DNA from: Schmidtea polychroa
Lineage: Eukaryota
NCBI GenBank assembly: GCA_044892525.1
Contig: CM097885.1
Coordinates: forward strand, 240,932,001 to 240,996,000
Reading direction: 5' to 3'
DNA length: 64,000 bases
Translations under genes and position numbers: made by a program
In this document: positions 35,823 to 50,720 of the stretch, one piece after another
Layout of the letters: every line of letters begins with the position of its first letter
Numbering within the stretch: the stretch's first letter is position 1
Notes under the pieces: model-generated
What the model saw: the letters and a program-made list of their open reading frames with translations, nothing else
Databases searched by the model: none
Told to the model about the DNA's origin: nothing

Positions 35823-38800
35823 TACTAGATGACATTTTTATTATAGGATTCTAACTTTTATAGAGAAATAAATTTTCACAGACCACAAAATTCTTATAAT
35901 AAAAAATGCTTCCAAATTACTGATCAAATTAATCGTTGTGTTCGACACTTATAAATACTGTACTTTTGTTGATAAACGTATTTTTAAAATGATGAATTTT
36001 GAAATCGTTATTTATTATAAATAAATTTTCAAAAAATTTATGATTATAACACTTTTAATTAACCTACTTAAATAATGCCTAAAAGGCATGAGGAAATAAT
36101 ATAAACAAATGTATGGTCTATCAAAATGCAAATTGAAAGATTTATCAACTGGGAATCATTGTATTATTCATTTCCGCTTTATCTGAAATACATTTCAAAG
36201 AGTAATGAACCGTTTGTGACATAATATTAATGACTCGGATGGTCATCATTCTTATCATATTATATCATAATTGTATATTCTATATGATAAATATTTATAA
36301 ATATTTAATGCCAGAATGTCTGTAGACATGTCCATTTTCCGTTGAAATTCAGAAACAATTATACTAAATAAATAATTCATGTTCTCAAGATGAAGGATTT
36401 ATTATTTGTTTGTAAATTCTAGCCATAAAATATTCTTTTCTTTTCGGTTATTATTTTATTTTTATGATCAATTAATCTTATTTATCTTTAATGATTGCAA
36501 TATGTTGCGTTTCCTGATTTTATTATAAGTGTTTTTTTTTATTTTCTCTTATTGTACCTTAATTACTTTGTGAATTAACTGATATTAACTGATATTTATT
36601 TTCCTTCTGGCAAATGATCAAAAATTGTTACTATGCAACACCAATTTTTGGCTTTGCCTTTATCAAAAGAAAACAGGTCAAAATTGACCAGAAAGTAATT
36701 CTAAACGGAAGTTTTGCAGACACATAGTTAGAATATATTAACAGATATTCAAAATGGTAGTTGACTAGTAACTACAGTACTATTTACCATTAGTCTATTG
36801 ACCACATGGACCATTGACCATAGGGTCAATGGTCATAGGGTGATCAAAAAATTCGAAATTCTACGAAAATGTAATTTAACGAGCTAAAATTAAGGTATTA
36901 GATATTAATTCAAGAATATGAAAAATGTGGTATGACTCGAAGTTATATTAACACGTGAGTTTGTCATATGTTTCAATAGCGCCAGTGACCCTTTCAGGGT
37001 CGGATCCAGGGATCGAATCTGCCCGGGAGATTTGGATGATTCGACCCAGATTTGTTGGGCATTTAATAAGAATATGTTAAGAGTGTCGTTCGTCGTTTCC
37101 GAGAGGTCGACATGACAATTCTGTTTTTAATTTTGTCCTGGCACATTAAACATTATGAGTGTAGACGGCAAAGTTACATTAACAGAAACAATGTGTAAAT
37201 ATTGAAAGTTTGATTGGAATACCAAAAGATAGAGGTCTAAACCATAAATAAAATCAATAAGGCGAAAGTATGTTTTATTAAACTTATTTCAATAGTACTA
37301 CTTCTCACGTACACTATAAAGGGGTACCGAAAGTTATTACGAACCAGAAATTGTTGCGGGGGAAGCGCGCACAGTCCTTACGTTCAACCTTGTTTGACAC
37401 TCTGTTGTTCGGGTCGCTTTCTATGGATCAGATTATGAATGTAGATCATAGATTCGGCGCACGACACACGACATGCTACGATAGTAAACATAATGCAGTA
37501 TTCGGTATTGAATTGTTGTCATGTAGATAATGAGAAAAAACGTAGAAAAAAAGTGCTACCGGCTCATCGGATGATGCCCTATCGCCCGATAGGTCGATCC
37601 GCCCTTGATATGTATTTATATAATAGATTAAGGAATCACGCTTGCGCAACTGACTTTTTTCTGCAAATTCCAAATTCGTTCTACATAGAGCAAGAGGGAA
37701 GCAATTACTGAGCCAGTCTAATAATTATAGCCAAATTCATCAATAGGGATTAATGACATCCAAATATAAAGCCAATATGTCTATATGCAAAATAGATGTT
37801 CGGAAAATTTAATACATGCAGAGAGGACCAAGTATGAATTTAATCAAAGAAAAATTTATATTTTGTATTTGCTTTAATAGTTCGAATATATTTCAGTTTT
37901 TAAAAGTCTGAGTGGAAAATTTTTATTTTAAAAAAGCAACAAATTAGATGCACATACCTTAAAATCTAAATAATATTTTTAAAATATAATTTTCAAATTT
38001 TGACGATAAAATCGTTGACTGCAAAAATTTGCAATTCATATGATAAGACGCCACTTATACTTTATCGTACCGTTATCAAATAATTGAGAGGCCTGAAAAA
38101 TGTTAACCAAACATATTTTAAACGAATTTTTTATTCATTTTTAATGATATCAAAATATGATTTTGATGAAGTTTTATCAAAAGTTATTTGTATTTTTATA
38201 ATTTAAATTCTTTATTTGTTTAAATTGGAAAATACTATTACTTTGAAACAATTAATAATTTAAATTAAATTTGTGAATTTTTCATTCAAGTTGTAAAAAC
38301 GTGAGAAATCTCCAATTAAAAATTTGACCACCGTCAAATAAACTTTATCACAATTGTATGTCATGTGAAATTTAATTGAAAGTTTTTTTAACAGTAATTT
38401 TGACAGTAGTTATTTTATGGTACTAAATATTCCTTTCATATTTAAATCTTTTAGGTGTTTACTCCAGTAAAAGCGCGGATAAAAAAGGAAATATCTCCAG
38501 CTAGACCATATATAATTTTTAATCACTATATGCCTTTTTTAGAATCTAGTTATAAATACGATTCAATAAAGATTATTGTCCGCGCCTTTTTTATCAGCGC
38601 CGTTTTTGTCTGCACTGTTTTTGCCGCGCCATTATTGCTGGATACCCCTTTTATATCATTAAAATGTTTTATCGAAACAAAGTTTCAATTAAATAATATT
38701 AAAAATAAAATTTTGTAAATTAATAATTACTAATATCTTTTTTTTTGTCCACATTTATTTTCTATTTAGTTAATCTTCATTTGTGTTCAGACTATTAATC

Positions 38801-39268
38801 AAGGGTTCTGAACCTTTTCTGAGAATAAGGAAAAATAAGAACAAATCAGAACATAATTAATTAATATTATTTTATTTTTTATTATTACAGCCAGCCATTT
38901 CAAAAATCAATAATTCGTGTTAAATAAATTAAAAATAGTCTAAAGAAATTATGATAAATTTAAATGCAATATACCGGCTCATGTCAAACAACGAGAAATT
39001 GTTTTGAAAATTAGAAAATAAGTAAAATAGTTACAAAAAATTTGTTATTTGCGAAATAAAATTATTTTATATATCTTATTTGGAACCCATATTATAATAT
39101 ATTTAATGAATAATAAACAAATATTTTAATTACAATGAAAAAAATTCATCAAAAATTTGTTCTTGCCCCCAGAATTAAATAAAAGTTGAATTTTATAGAA
39201 ATTTATTTATCTTATAATCTTAAATATTAATTATAAATAATTTTTTAATTTAATATTAAATTTAATAG

Positions 39269-39795
39269 GTGAAGATAACTTGTCAGACCTTGCTTTGTAT
39301 TGGATAGGTGGACTCATCAAACATTTGTCAGCAATATCTGCCCTTTGTTGTCCAACAGCAAATTGCTATCGCCGCCTTCACAATTTTATTTCGCCTGGAT
39401 CTCTTAACTGGGATATAAATGACCGATTTTGCAGTATTCGCGTTAAAAATTTCAATGAGAAAAATACTTATATAGAAAATAGACTACCTTCGAGTGCAGC
39501 TTGTCCTTATCATGCTCTTGCTGCGACTATTGCAGCAGGAATTGATGGTATAGTTAATAAAATTTCTCCTCCTCCTAAAGGTGACAAATCTATGGGAGAT
39601 CTACCTACGACTTTCGAGGAAGCACTGAATATTCTTGATAAAGATAGCGTTATAAAAGAAGCCCTTGGTGAAAAATTTGTAAATTATTTCATTAAAATCA
39701 AAAGAGATGTGGATTTAGTTGAAATTTTTGGTAAGAAATTAAACGACCAAGAACAATTAGAGTCAGAAAGAAATCAGTACTTCGAATATATTTAA
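39269..39795 (+). CDS. Type-I glutamine synthetase / lengsin-like gene, exon 2 (joined product 441 aa)
   Basis: Acceptor TTTAATAG|GT restores the frame (G-EDNLSDLALYWIGGLIKH); then CPTANCYRRL, NDRFCSIRV, YIENRLPSSAACPY...IAAGIDGI. 799+527 nt = 442 codons. Confidence 0.88.
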
Positions 39796-41891
39796 TTATT
39801 ATTCTTTCATTATATTGGATCCTGTTTGAACTTTCTAAAAATTTATAAATTAACTTTTTAATTAGTTTTCTATAATTAATTTATTTTTTAGAAATACAAC
39901 AATTATAATTTTAAATTAATCTTAAAACTTGATTTTTTATTCTCTCACTGAAGAGTATTTTCCCAATAAATATTTTCCTTTCAAAAGAAATTTTTAATTA
40001 AATTGTGTGTTTCTAATTGAAGAAATAAATTGAGTCAGTTTTTGGGTAACCGTTAGAATAGGATTTCGAGTGCTAGGATTATTTATGAATTAATAAAGGC
40101 TAGGGAATTTCACGTAGCCCTTCTTTAGAGGTTTTGGCCATGAAATTCAACTCTATGACAGTGATTGTGTTTTGTAAAATAGTAACTTCGTGAGTTTAAA
40201 TGGTGCACTGTGCCTGGCATGTCTTAGAAATTGTAACCATACCCTATATTTTAACGTACTTAACCTAACATAATATTATGTTTCTCTTTGATATTTGTTG
40301 GCATGATGACCATGTAACTATATTTTTATATCTTTACTTTTTAGTCATTAATTCTGAAGATGACAGTGAATTACTTTCAAATTAATAATAAATTTTGATG
40401 ATGTTATAATTATTATTCCGAAATTCATTGAGTTGTTTTATTAAATAAGAATACTGCAGATTTTTTAATTCAATAAATCTGCAGGTACCAAGTTTGAATT
40501 AAAAATACTTCATCAACACCAAATAATACAAAGAAAAATAAAACATTACAAAAATAAGAAAGGAAATGAGAACAACTTTAATTAAAATTAATGAAGGCGA
40601 AACGACCATAACATAAAAAGGACATCAAAGTTATTGATATTTAGTACTAAGTTAATAATTAGATAAAAAAAGCAGTTTCAAATATCTTTACATAGTATCG
40701 CCGATTTGATCCCAATAGTGTTGCCGTTAAGTCGGATTTACAAACAGTAATTTAGATTTAGCAGCCGTTTCATTTAAAATTAGAAAACATGTTAAACAAC
40801 AGTTTTACAACATATTTACGAAAGAAACAAAAACTTGTCGAGACTTGGAAATAATGGTAAATATTCCTTGTATAAAATAAGAAACATTTATAGATTTAAT
40901 ATTACGACGGCGTATACCAAAGATAACAATTTTTACATTACTTTTGGGAAAAGATTTTTCATAATTTTATGAATCATTTTGGCCTTTGATTCGTTGTAGT
41001 TCACGAATTGAACTTAAGGTTTCGTACTTATCATAAAGCAATAACTTATATCATGAAAATAATGAAAGACATTAGAAATAGCTTAGAAATAAATTTTCAA
41101 TATAGCAAAGAAGAAAATTATTTTAATGAGACGCATTTTCAAAAAGAAAATATGTCAACCCAATCAATGTCAACCAATTTATAACATTCATAAGACTAGG
41201 TTTCTAGTGATGATGGCAGGCAAACCGGAAAATGAACAGCAAAACAATTAGACAGAAATTTAGGAGATTATACAATAGAAAACAAATTTCAAAATAAAAG
41301 ATGGAGTAATTCTAACAAAAGATAATAAGATATGGATACCCGATAGTCGAAGAATATATTTTGTTACAGAATACCATAAAAATGTGTTATGTGGGACCGA
41401 TGAAAGTCTATAAATTGTGGGTTACAGGTAACCAAACTATTCTGAACTCTTTTCAACGTAATCCAAAATACAATGTTGGTTTACCACTCGATACCGGTTG
41501 AGTAATTAAAATACAATAATCCAGACAAAAGCGATCAGTAAAATCACTGATAGAGAATCCCCAAATAGTCAATACCACTATGGCCAGGTCAAAAGAAAAT
41601 TAATTCCCAAAATCGAAACATACCCAAATGAGTATCTGCAACCAGAAACAAAGAGAAACCGAGAAACATGGCCGAAGAGCTATTGAACTGATCTAGAAAT
41701 GAAACTTATGCATGTGACATGTAAATGAACTTTAACATTTTATCGATAACATAATCATAAAGACGTTTATGAAAATGTTGATGATAAGTATATAATTAAC
41801 CCTAGAACATTTAAGCAATACACATTCTAAAGGCCAGCATGTTGTTTTATATAAATATTTTATTTCAAAAATAAATAAATGAGTTTTTAGT

Positions 41892-42263
41892 CATTTTTAA
41901 TTAATGAATCAAAAATTATCATCAAAAACAAGTTCGTCGAATGCAAATTTATCGAGTGCACGTTCGTCGAATCAGAAGTTCGTCGAAAAAACATATATAC
42001 TCAAAGTTTATCCGAAAAAATATTTTGTCCCCCAATGGGTATTAGTCATAATGGTACTGGTCACACTCAACATGTTGCAAGGGTAAATTAATATTATTAT
42101 TATTATTAGCTGCACTTAAATTAGTCAAAACAAATATTTTTTCGATGAACTTGTAATTTGATTAATTTGTTCTTGTTTTTCGATAAATTTGTTATTCGAT
42201 GAATTTGCATTCTATGAAATCGTTTTCGATGAACTCGTTGGTTACCATTTTTAATTAATGAAT
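41892..42263. mobile_element. MITE-like element with imperfect inverted TTCRTCGAA repeats enclosing one palindrome cassette
   Basis: Left TTCGTCGAA repeats (41930-41990) and right TTCGATGAA repeats (42140-42235); direct repeat CATTTTTAATTAATGAAT at 41892 and 42246. Confidence 0.5.
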
Positions 42264-42728
42264 TCATCTAAAATTATTTTTATTAAATTTTATATTTTTA
42301 AAATTCTTTATTAATTCACTTTTGATATATGTAAAGTTTCATTAGTCTTCATTACAACTATAGACAAAAAATGTATTTTCCAATGTAATACAAATTATCC
42401 TCACTGTATTTAACATGTGTTTTTAACGGCAGTGTGGACAGTTTGGGTTACATGGGAAAGTAAATTTCCAATCTATAGTTATAACGGAAATAAATCAAAT
42501 GTTAAAATCAAGTTGTTTAATTTAATTTTAAATAATACTCCATTATTTACAGATTTATTTAAGTTTTGGAAGTAAATTTTAGTATTTAGCTTAAATAAAT
42601 TTAATTTATTTTAGAAATTTCATATACGAAAATTTGACCTAAATATCGTTTTACTGAATCAAAATGTAATTTAACGTCAAATTAAATTAATCTTTGCATT
42701 ATTTCATATTTAATTCATTTAACAAATA

Positions 42729-45700
42729 ATGGAAGGCACAGGAAAACACTTATTCGGTTGTTCATTGGGAATATTTTTTTCCTACTTCTTTTACGGAATA
42801 ATTCAAGAAAAAATGTTTATATATTAATAAATTTATGACAATATTAACATTTTATATATAGAACAAAATCTAAATTCGGACGTGAAAATGAAAAATTTAC
42901 TTGTATTTTAACATTAGTTTTTATTCAATGTGTTATTAATGCAATAATTGCATTTATTGGTAAAATTCATATTTGGAATAAATAAATTTATTTTTTATTC
43001 AGCTATGAAATTGCAAAATAATGAACAAGTTAAATCCAGAGTACCGAAACGATTATTTGCTTTTTGTTCACTAACATATATCGGTGCTATGTTTGCAAGT
43101 AATTATTCATTACAGCATGTAAACTATCCAACACAAGTAAAATAATTTAATTTTAGTATTTTATAAAATTCTTCAAGGTTCTTGGAAAATCTGCCAAACC
43201 AATTCCAGTTATGATTTTAGGAGTATTGTGGGCTAAAAAATCATACCCATTAAGAAAATATGGATTTGTATTAATGATCACATTAGGTGTTATGCTTTTT
43301 CTAATGAAAGATTTTTCGTCCTTTAAACTCAGTAGTAGTTCTGTAATTGGATTTGGAGAAATATTGCTGGTAATTTTTTAATTTAATATCATAAACTAAT
43401 TAATTTCGGATTAGCTTATTTCTTTAGCATTCGACGGCTTAACGGGTGCCGTCCAAGATGATTTACGATCAAAATATAATATTAGAGCTTATGATTTGAT
43501 GCTTAATATGAACATGTGGTCATTGGTTTATTTGTTTCCTGGTAAATATTTTCTTTTCCATAATTTTTATACGTCAATTATTATACTAATTTTGATTGGT
43601 TGTTGCAGCAACCAATGAAATTAAATAACCAATGAGATAGGAATTTTAAAACAATTTAGCAAATTATAACTAATTTTAATTGTTTTTTTAAAGAAATTTT
43701 GCCATCCAATAATAAAAGTGATGATATTTCAAAAGTTATTTTTAAAAATATTTTGATTGACTTGAAATATTGACGGCGTGAAATATGTAGTTTAGCTATA
43801 CCGTATAATTTATGCGGTGTTAATGATCTATTTGATGATTTAAGAATGTTTTTAATACATGAAAAAGTATTTCATTTCTAGCAATTATCAACACCCGGTT
43901 TAATAATTTACTGGCGATTCGAGGTGGTGTAACGGGAGTCCCCAATTTATCTTTTGAGTTATCGGAGTTATAATTTAAAAGTGGCTATACTCATAAACCA
44001 CGCGCATAACTATTAAATCTTCAATGTCGAGTTTCGTTTTACTGTATTTTATTTTATTTAGCAATTGAATTACAGATGTTACCACAGTCGGGCGGGGGGG
44101 GGCAAAGTAACAATTTTGCTAATGACTTAATAAAATCAAATTATGATTCGATTAAACTCCAAACAATATTCTACAAGTTAAAATCATATTGGGATTAAAC
44201 CATTTTCAACATCTCTTTGTCCCCTCTCCATGTACCCTTGTTACCAGTCTTTAGAAACCATTATTCAAACGTTATTGTATACCGTTAAAAGTTTCTACTG
44301 AATACTAAAAATGTCATCCAATAAAGTCATTTATGTTATTGAAATATAAGAAATGATCAACCATGACTGACCGATTTTAGTGGTTGATGTCATTGATTTT
44401 TCGGTGCTATTAGTAAACTATTGGTTTCCAAACCTTTCCCTCTCCCCTCACATTGTTGGTTTATTATTACTATCATAATTTTAAAAGATTTAGATAAATG
44501 TCTCATTTTATTTGTATAAATATTGTTGGGTAATAATTGTAATATGATTCCACGCGTCCTATATATATTAAAACAACAAGATCCAGCACAATTATGTTTT
44601 ATTTCCATTACAGCAACTTCCAAGTTTTAATTGTTAATTAATTTTCAAACTACTCCCTATTACATATGAAGTTGATTTTAACCGTTTGCGGACCGAATTA
44701 ATTTTAATAAGTAGTATATATTTTAGCATAATTTTTTAGTATACGAATGCCCGATATCGTGGTATGATTTTTTTTAAGTTTGACCATTATACATTGTAGA
44801 ACGTCTGGTACAAAATTCGTGGCCAGCAGTGCTGGCCTACCGTCCGCAAATGGTTAATACAAAAGCCCAATTTTCAGGGCTACAATAAAATTAAAGCTGT
44901 AACAAACTGAACAAAAGTAAAAGAATAATAGTACTTACTGTAGTGGAAAATATTCAAATGATTGTTAAACGTTTTATTACATAAAATAGTTAAATAATTT
45001 ATTTGAAAAGACTTAACTAAAAATATACATTATTTTTTTTATTCTCATACAATTCTCATAACAAAACCAAAATAAAGGTTTTTTTAATATTTCACCCCTA
45101 ATTTATATTAGATTATCTATAATTTATTTTGAGGTTGGGGGGTAAATGCCCTCTAGCTACGTGAACAAGCTTGTATATAGATCCGTTGACAATAAAACCA
45201 TAACAAGAAAAGGTAGTAAATGTCAAATTTCTGATACAAATACTATACAAATTACTTTTCTTTGACATCAAATTACAAACCATGTCATTAAGAACTTGCT
45301 ATATTCACAGTCATCATTACTCTTTCGTGAAGAGAAATTTGAATACCAATACACATTTAAATTCATTTGAAAAGGGAATTGCCGAAAATTCGTGAATATC
45401 AAAAACATCGATATATTTACTGATTCATAGTCAAGCTTTTTAAAAAATACAATGTCAATGGAAAAGAAATCAGTGGTGAAATTTGAAAAAGGAAAACAAA
45501 ATAATTTTAATTATAATAATATTTTGAAACTAATTATTTAATTTTTTCATTATTTGTAACAATTTTTAGCAATTTTGATTTCAAAAGAATTTACTGTTTT
45601 TGCCCAATTTATCATTAAACATCCTGAAATTCTCACTTGGGTCGTGGGATTCGGTTTGACGAGTGCTTTGGGACAGGTAATAAAATTGTTATTGGTTTGA

Positions 45701-45936
45701 TAACTATTTTTAATGAGATATATTCTATCAAGATTTTCATTTTTGCTTCAATTACAAATTTTGGGCCTCTAATGACCTCGATTGTCACAACGACGAGAAA
45801 ATTTTTTACCATTTTAGCTTCGGTAATTATCTTTCAAAATCCAATGAATTTAATTCAAGGAATCGGAACTGGGCTTGTATTTTTGGGGCTGGTTTTGGAT
45901 CAAATGTATGGTAAAGAAAGAAAATTAAAAGTTTAA
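42729..45936 (+). CDS. SLC35B1: Solute carrier family 35 member B1 (UGTrel1-like ER transporter); exons 42729-42814, 42862-42959, 43003-43136, 43178-43369, 43415-43541, 45570-45676, 45733-45936
   Basis: Spliced translation is open: [103 protein letters not shown]. All introns are GT-AG. Confidence 0.95.
44682..44852. mobile_element. piggyBac-type MITE in SLC35B1 intron 5
   Basis: TTAA-CCGTTTGCGGAC ... GTCCGCAAATGG-TTAA; internal hairpin GGCCAGCAGTGCTGGCC. Confidence 0.8.
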
Positions 45937-48900
45937 TGGTTTTTGTTGTTGTTGAAAGCATTTAATGTTTTTGTTCTGTTTCCCCAATAAATGATACTCA
46001 TAAATGAATAATCTGTTGGGTTAAACAAATTATATTGGTTTGTTTAAAAGTTACTTAAAGTGAACATCAAAAACAGTTATGTGGTCATACAGACCTTAAT
46101 CGTAAGTAAACGTCAGAAATGGATAAACCAATGGCATCTATCGGCCTTCTCCTATAATATTTTAAAAACTAAACGAAGTTAACTTTGAAAAATGGTAAGT
46201 TTTAATTTTTTTTACCCGATTATTGTGTTGGAAGTCGTCAAACGTAATACTTTTTATTTTAAATTTTTATTAAAATAACTCACTCCGTATAGGTATGTAC
46301 ATCATACCAAAACTCACTACCATAGAAGTTTGAGTGAACATCACAAAAATTAGTATTTCCTAATTAATTTTGATTGGATAATGAAATTGGGAAATAACTA
46401 TAACTACAAGACGCAAAATCAGTATTTATATACTTAGAAGCCTTTTTAAATACTGCAAGTGGATAAAATTCCTCTGAAATCCCATTGGCTATGCGAAATC
46501 AAAGAAGGCTATTACGTGTGGTACAGCGCATAGTTGGAAAATATTACAGCGCAGACAACCAAAGACAGAATAAGTTCAATTGGAATACTAAATACAAATG
46601 GAAACGAGGAAAGGAAAAAACAAGAATTATTATCAACAATTAAATTGATGATCGTGTTAGAGTTCATTGCATATTTACGTCACGCCAAAAAATGTCCATT
46701 TTGATCCACCCACTCACATTGTCACATTTCTGTTGATCCCCCTCATCGTGACGTTATTTTATTGTTCATGAAGTGAGGGTAGCCTAGTGGTACCATACGG
46801 TCCTCTAGACTACTTAGGAGCTTGCTGTAGCAGCAAGAATTGTTGATAATCGTTGTTTCGTCAAAGTATCAGCATCACTGTAACATAGTAGCAGAGGAAG
46901 ATTGTTGTGATAATTATTTTTGTGGTCCATAAAATACAACTAGCGTGCCGTTACATTCAGCTCAACTCACCCACCCTTGAGCGTGACGTAATTACGCAAT
47001 GACCCCTTATCAGATATTGCGAATGGTGTCTAGAGTATAGAAATAGTATAGAGATAGCACAACAAATATTAGACACCAAAGAACGCAGAAAAACTTGATA
47101 AGAAAACAAAACAATTAAGTACTCAATGGAAATAATCAATGTCTAAACAAAGCATAATTCATAAGTACAAAATAGGAAATGAGTCAAATGAAAGAAAATA
47201 TTGGTGAAGTAGAATGACCTCAATAAAATTAAAAGAATGCATTATGAAGGAAATTTCCAATACAAGGTAGAGATACTCCAAAGAAATGAATGTAAATATG
47301 ACAGCTCCTACTGAAAAATTTGAAATTGCTGTGTATGCGGTATTTCCCAACAAAAATAAATCGTGAATATTATATACAATATTCTTTAATACAAACAAGA
47401 AATAGCAAAATAGTTCGTTTCATCATTTTGCATTCGTCTGTGCTCGTCCTATCCTGCTGTTACTTTTAATTTATCTCCTTTTCCTTCGTAACTTTTCCAT
47501 TCTAAATGCTTGTCGCAAGCGACGTTGTTGTATGATTTTAGCAAAAGGTGAGCCTCACCATAAGGGCTGCATACCACAAGAAGTGTAGCGCCCTAATTTT
47601 TAATGTCTCATCATCACCTTGATATCAATTCTAACTCTCTGTCCTTGATTGTTATCTCAAATTTCTTTATCAGGAATTTACAAATCTAAAACGAATGGGA
47701 TTTGTAGCTGGAAATATGAGATTATTCGATAAATGCTTTATGCCGCAGTATCTTACGATCAAGTAAACGAAATGTATATGTTTTTTGTTTAATAAGGTTT
47801 CATTTTAAAATTACAATTTATTAGTTTTCCAACAATAATAAAAATAAATAAGCCTAAAATGAGAGGGGTATTCGTCTGATTGGTTATTCCGCACCAACTT
47901 TAACGTCCGGATTCTTTTGCGTTCATTTTTGCCGGGAAGCGTCTTGGCTGACTTTCTGTATTCTTGGAACAGTGTTGGTAGTCTAGTAATCATCAGCTCA
48001 TTCAATCGCGCACTCAGTGAAGTTTAGTTCGATCACGGTCAATAATGAATTTTGGGATAATTTCGAGAAGGGATTCGTCGTTTTCTCACACTGCGAATCC
48101 ATGATCTACATCTCACCTTCGCCTAACATGGCGGTGATGTCAGACTCCAAGGTTGGGTTGTGGACAGGCATCGAACTGGTGGCTGGGATAGTCCTGTATT
48201 GCGTGGCCATGAGTGTGATTGGAACAGGTTGTGGGAGAATTTTGTTAACTGCTGTGATAGCAAACAGAGTCGCTTCCAAGGCCGATATTTCATCACGACG
48301 CTCCTTTGACCTTTCGGCTCGTGTTAGACGATTCTTTTTCCGTGGTTTGGCAGAGGAGTTCTCTGACATTATAGGGGGTATCGGGACATTAGCGAGAGTC
48401 GGTTGTATCTAGCTGGTCCCCGTGAATATATTGTCGGGTATTTCAGAAGGAGAGGTCTCGGGGTCATGATGAGTACACCATGATGTGGACGGAGTGGCAA
48501 TGCCATCGGTTTGATGGTGAATTGGGAATACGTTCCGTTTATCCAGGATAGGGTATTCGTTAATCTGACGTTTCAGATCTGACTCGGAGTATATTCGGTG
48601 TAGGGCCTCCGACTGCGCCTTGATTGTGAGACGTTGGTATCGGCTTTCCTCAAGCCAACTATGTCGACAGTGCTCAAGCCACAGGATCTTTTTATTCGCG
48701 TCTTTTATAAGTGGTGAGGAAAACCACGTACCTTCCAGCGTGTCGATACGCCTTTTGGGAACCCCAACATATTCATTCAACTTCTGCAGAATCGCGTTTT
48801 TATCGGCACACGAGAAACACGGTCTCGGGCTGGTTGGCGAAAGATTCGGTTCCAACATCAGTTAAACAAATGCATTACGGTCATAAATCTCACATCAAAA

Positions 48901-49799
48901 TAGCTATGATAATTTGACGATCACGCAATCTCTGTAAGGCCTCTCATTCTATTTCTGTTCACTTATTTACCAGACTCCAGAATAGGTGGGGGGGGGGGGG
49001 GGGGGTTCAGGAGCGTCTTTTGACATGGGCCTCTTAATTTAAGGGGCCCCCAAACATCACTTTTTTGATACTAGTAGTATAGGAGTTTAAGCGTACTCTT
49101 TCGGTAGTGAGAATTTAATCAAATTTTGCAGTTATTTACCTATGAAACCAAACCTTAGTAAGTTGTATTAGTTCAAAGCGGTAAAACAAATTCCATTGGA
49201 AATCTGGTTTGCAACACATTGGGATTCTTTCCCTCGCATCATTTTATTCTGAAGTGATTAATACTACGCCTGGTCATTAGTAATCGAAATTTTTTGAGAG
49301 TAGAACTTTACACAGCACCATATCAACTACCTTGCTTTTAGATCGCAAAAGGTGCGCAATTAGTTTTAAGATCTGTATCATAATCGACATTTGTTCATTT
49401 ATTTTGATTCATTTGATTTGTGTAAATTGTTATATTTTTGGTATTATATCAAGAAACAGCAAGAAAAGGAAAAGAAAGAATCAATATAAAATGCTGAGAA
49501 AGATCAATTAAATTTTGTATTGAAGTGAACAGGATCTATTTTGGTCGAAATATTTTCAAATTGGAAACACTGCGATAAAGATGAGCTAAAAGGACGATTA
49601 AGAAATTACGCTTTTATTCACTAAATTTGAAATAACTGAAATTGTGAAATTACAGTTATTTAAACAACATTTATGCCATTCTTCTCTGCTAAGAAATGAA
49701 GTGATATGGGGTCTTAATTTGACGACCTTAACTTGACACTCGGTTTGCAGCTTGATCACTAGATTGACTATTATTTGTATCTATGGGAGGTACTTGGGT

Positions 49800-50720
49800 T
49801 TCGTCTACGAAATGAACAGCGTTTTCGGCGTACGGTTATAGTTCATTTACTGGACTTGGGGTGCCAGATGAGTTGTTGATACAGTGTCTACTTTTCCATC
49901 TTTGTGTTGATTTCGGACAAAATAAGGTGAAATCGTTTCCAGCAATTTTACTTCGCTTACCAGTGGATCGTTATTTAGTCGGATATGGACTCTAAGTAGA
50001 ATTTCTTGATTATTATTTCGTAAGTATTCTGGAAGATCTTGACCTATTATTTATGATCTTTAGAAGTTGAACATTCGGTCATGTTGGGTAGTTTGTTGAA
50101 ACACAGGGAAGAGCTCTGATGGGCGAGTGCCGTGTTTAGGACTTTTTCCCAGTCGCTCTTATTGAACTTATATTCCATGAGTGCGAGGTTCATTGTTTTG
50201 AGAATTGTTCAATTCGTTCTCTCGCATTGATCGTTTTCTTGAGGGTGATATGGAGTATTTCTGCTTTTTACTACTCTATGACTTAGAAGGAAGTTTCGAA
50301 ATAATTGGCTCTCGAATTGAGAACCTTTATTGTTGTTGATACAGGATGGGGATCCGAGGAGTGTGAAAAGTGAAAGTAAATGACGAATAATGGTGGTTGT
50401 TTCCATGTTACTGCAGGGGAATGCAAATGGATATCTCGAATATTCGTCTACAGCTACGAAGATGTAGCGATTCTCTGTATAGCTCGATAGTGAACCAATG
50501 AAATCTATTGATAATCTTTTCCATATCTGTGTTGGGGGGGGGTGGTCTAAAGAAGCGTGGCTTAGGCAATTTACACGGCCGAAAGTTGTTTGTAATTTCT
50601 TTTATATCATGGATTGAATAATGGAGATTTTTCCTTTTACAGCAATGATATAAGCAGTTAATTCCGGAGTGGCAGAGTATTCTGTGTATAGTATTAATGG
50701 AGGCTAAATCTTGAATAGAA
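49800..50720 (-). mobile_element. Ty3/gypsy integrase relic
   Basis: HRILCHSGI zinc-finger part, then WKRLSIDFIGSL...RYIFVAVDEYSRYPFAFPC...NKGSQFES...TPYHPQENDQCERTN; frameshifted downstream. Confidence 0.9.

Noticed and set aside
36809-36834. Perfect 11-bp stem GACCATTGACC-ATAG-GGTCAATGGTC as a terminator or Helitron end
   Set aside because: No CTRR terminus or adjacent gene; probably the centre of a small MITE.
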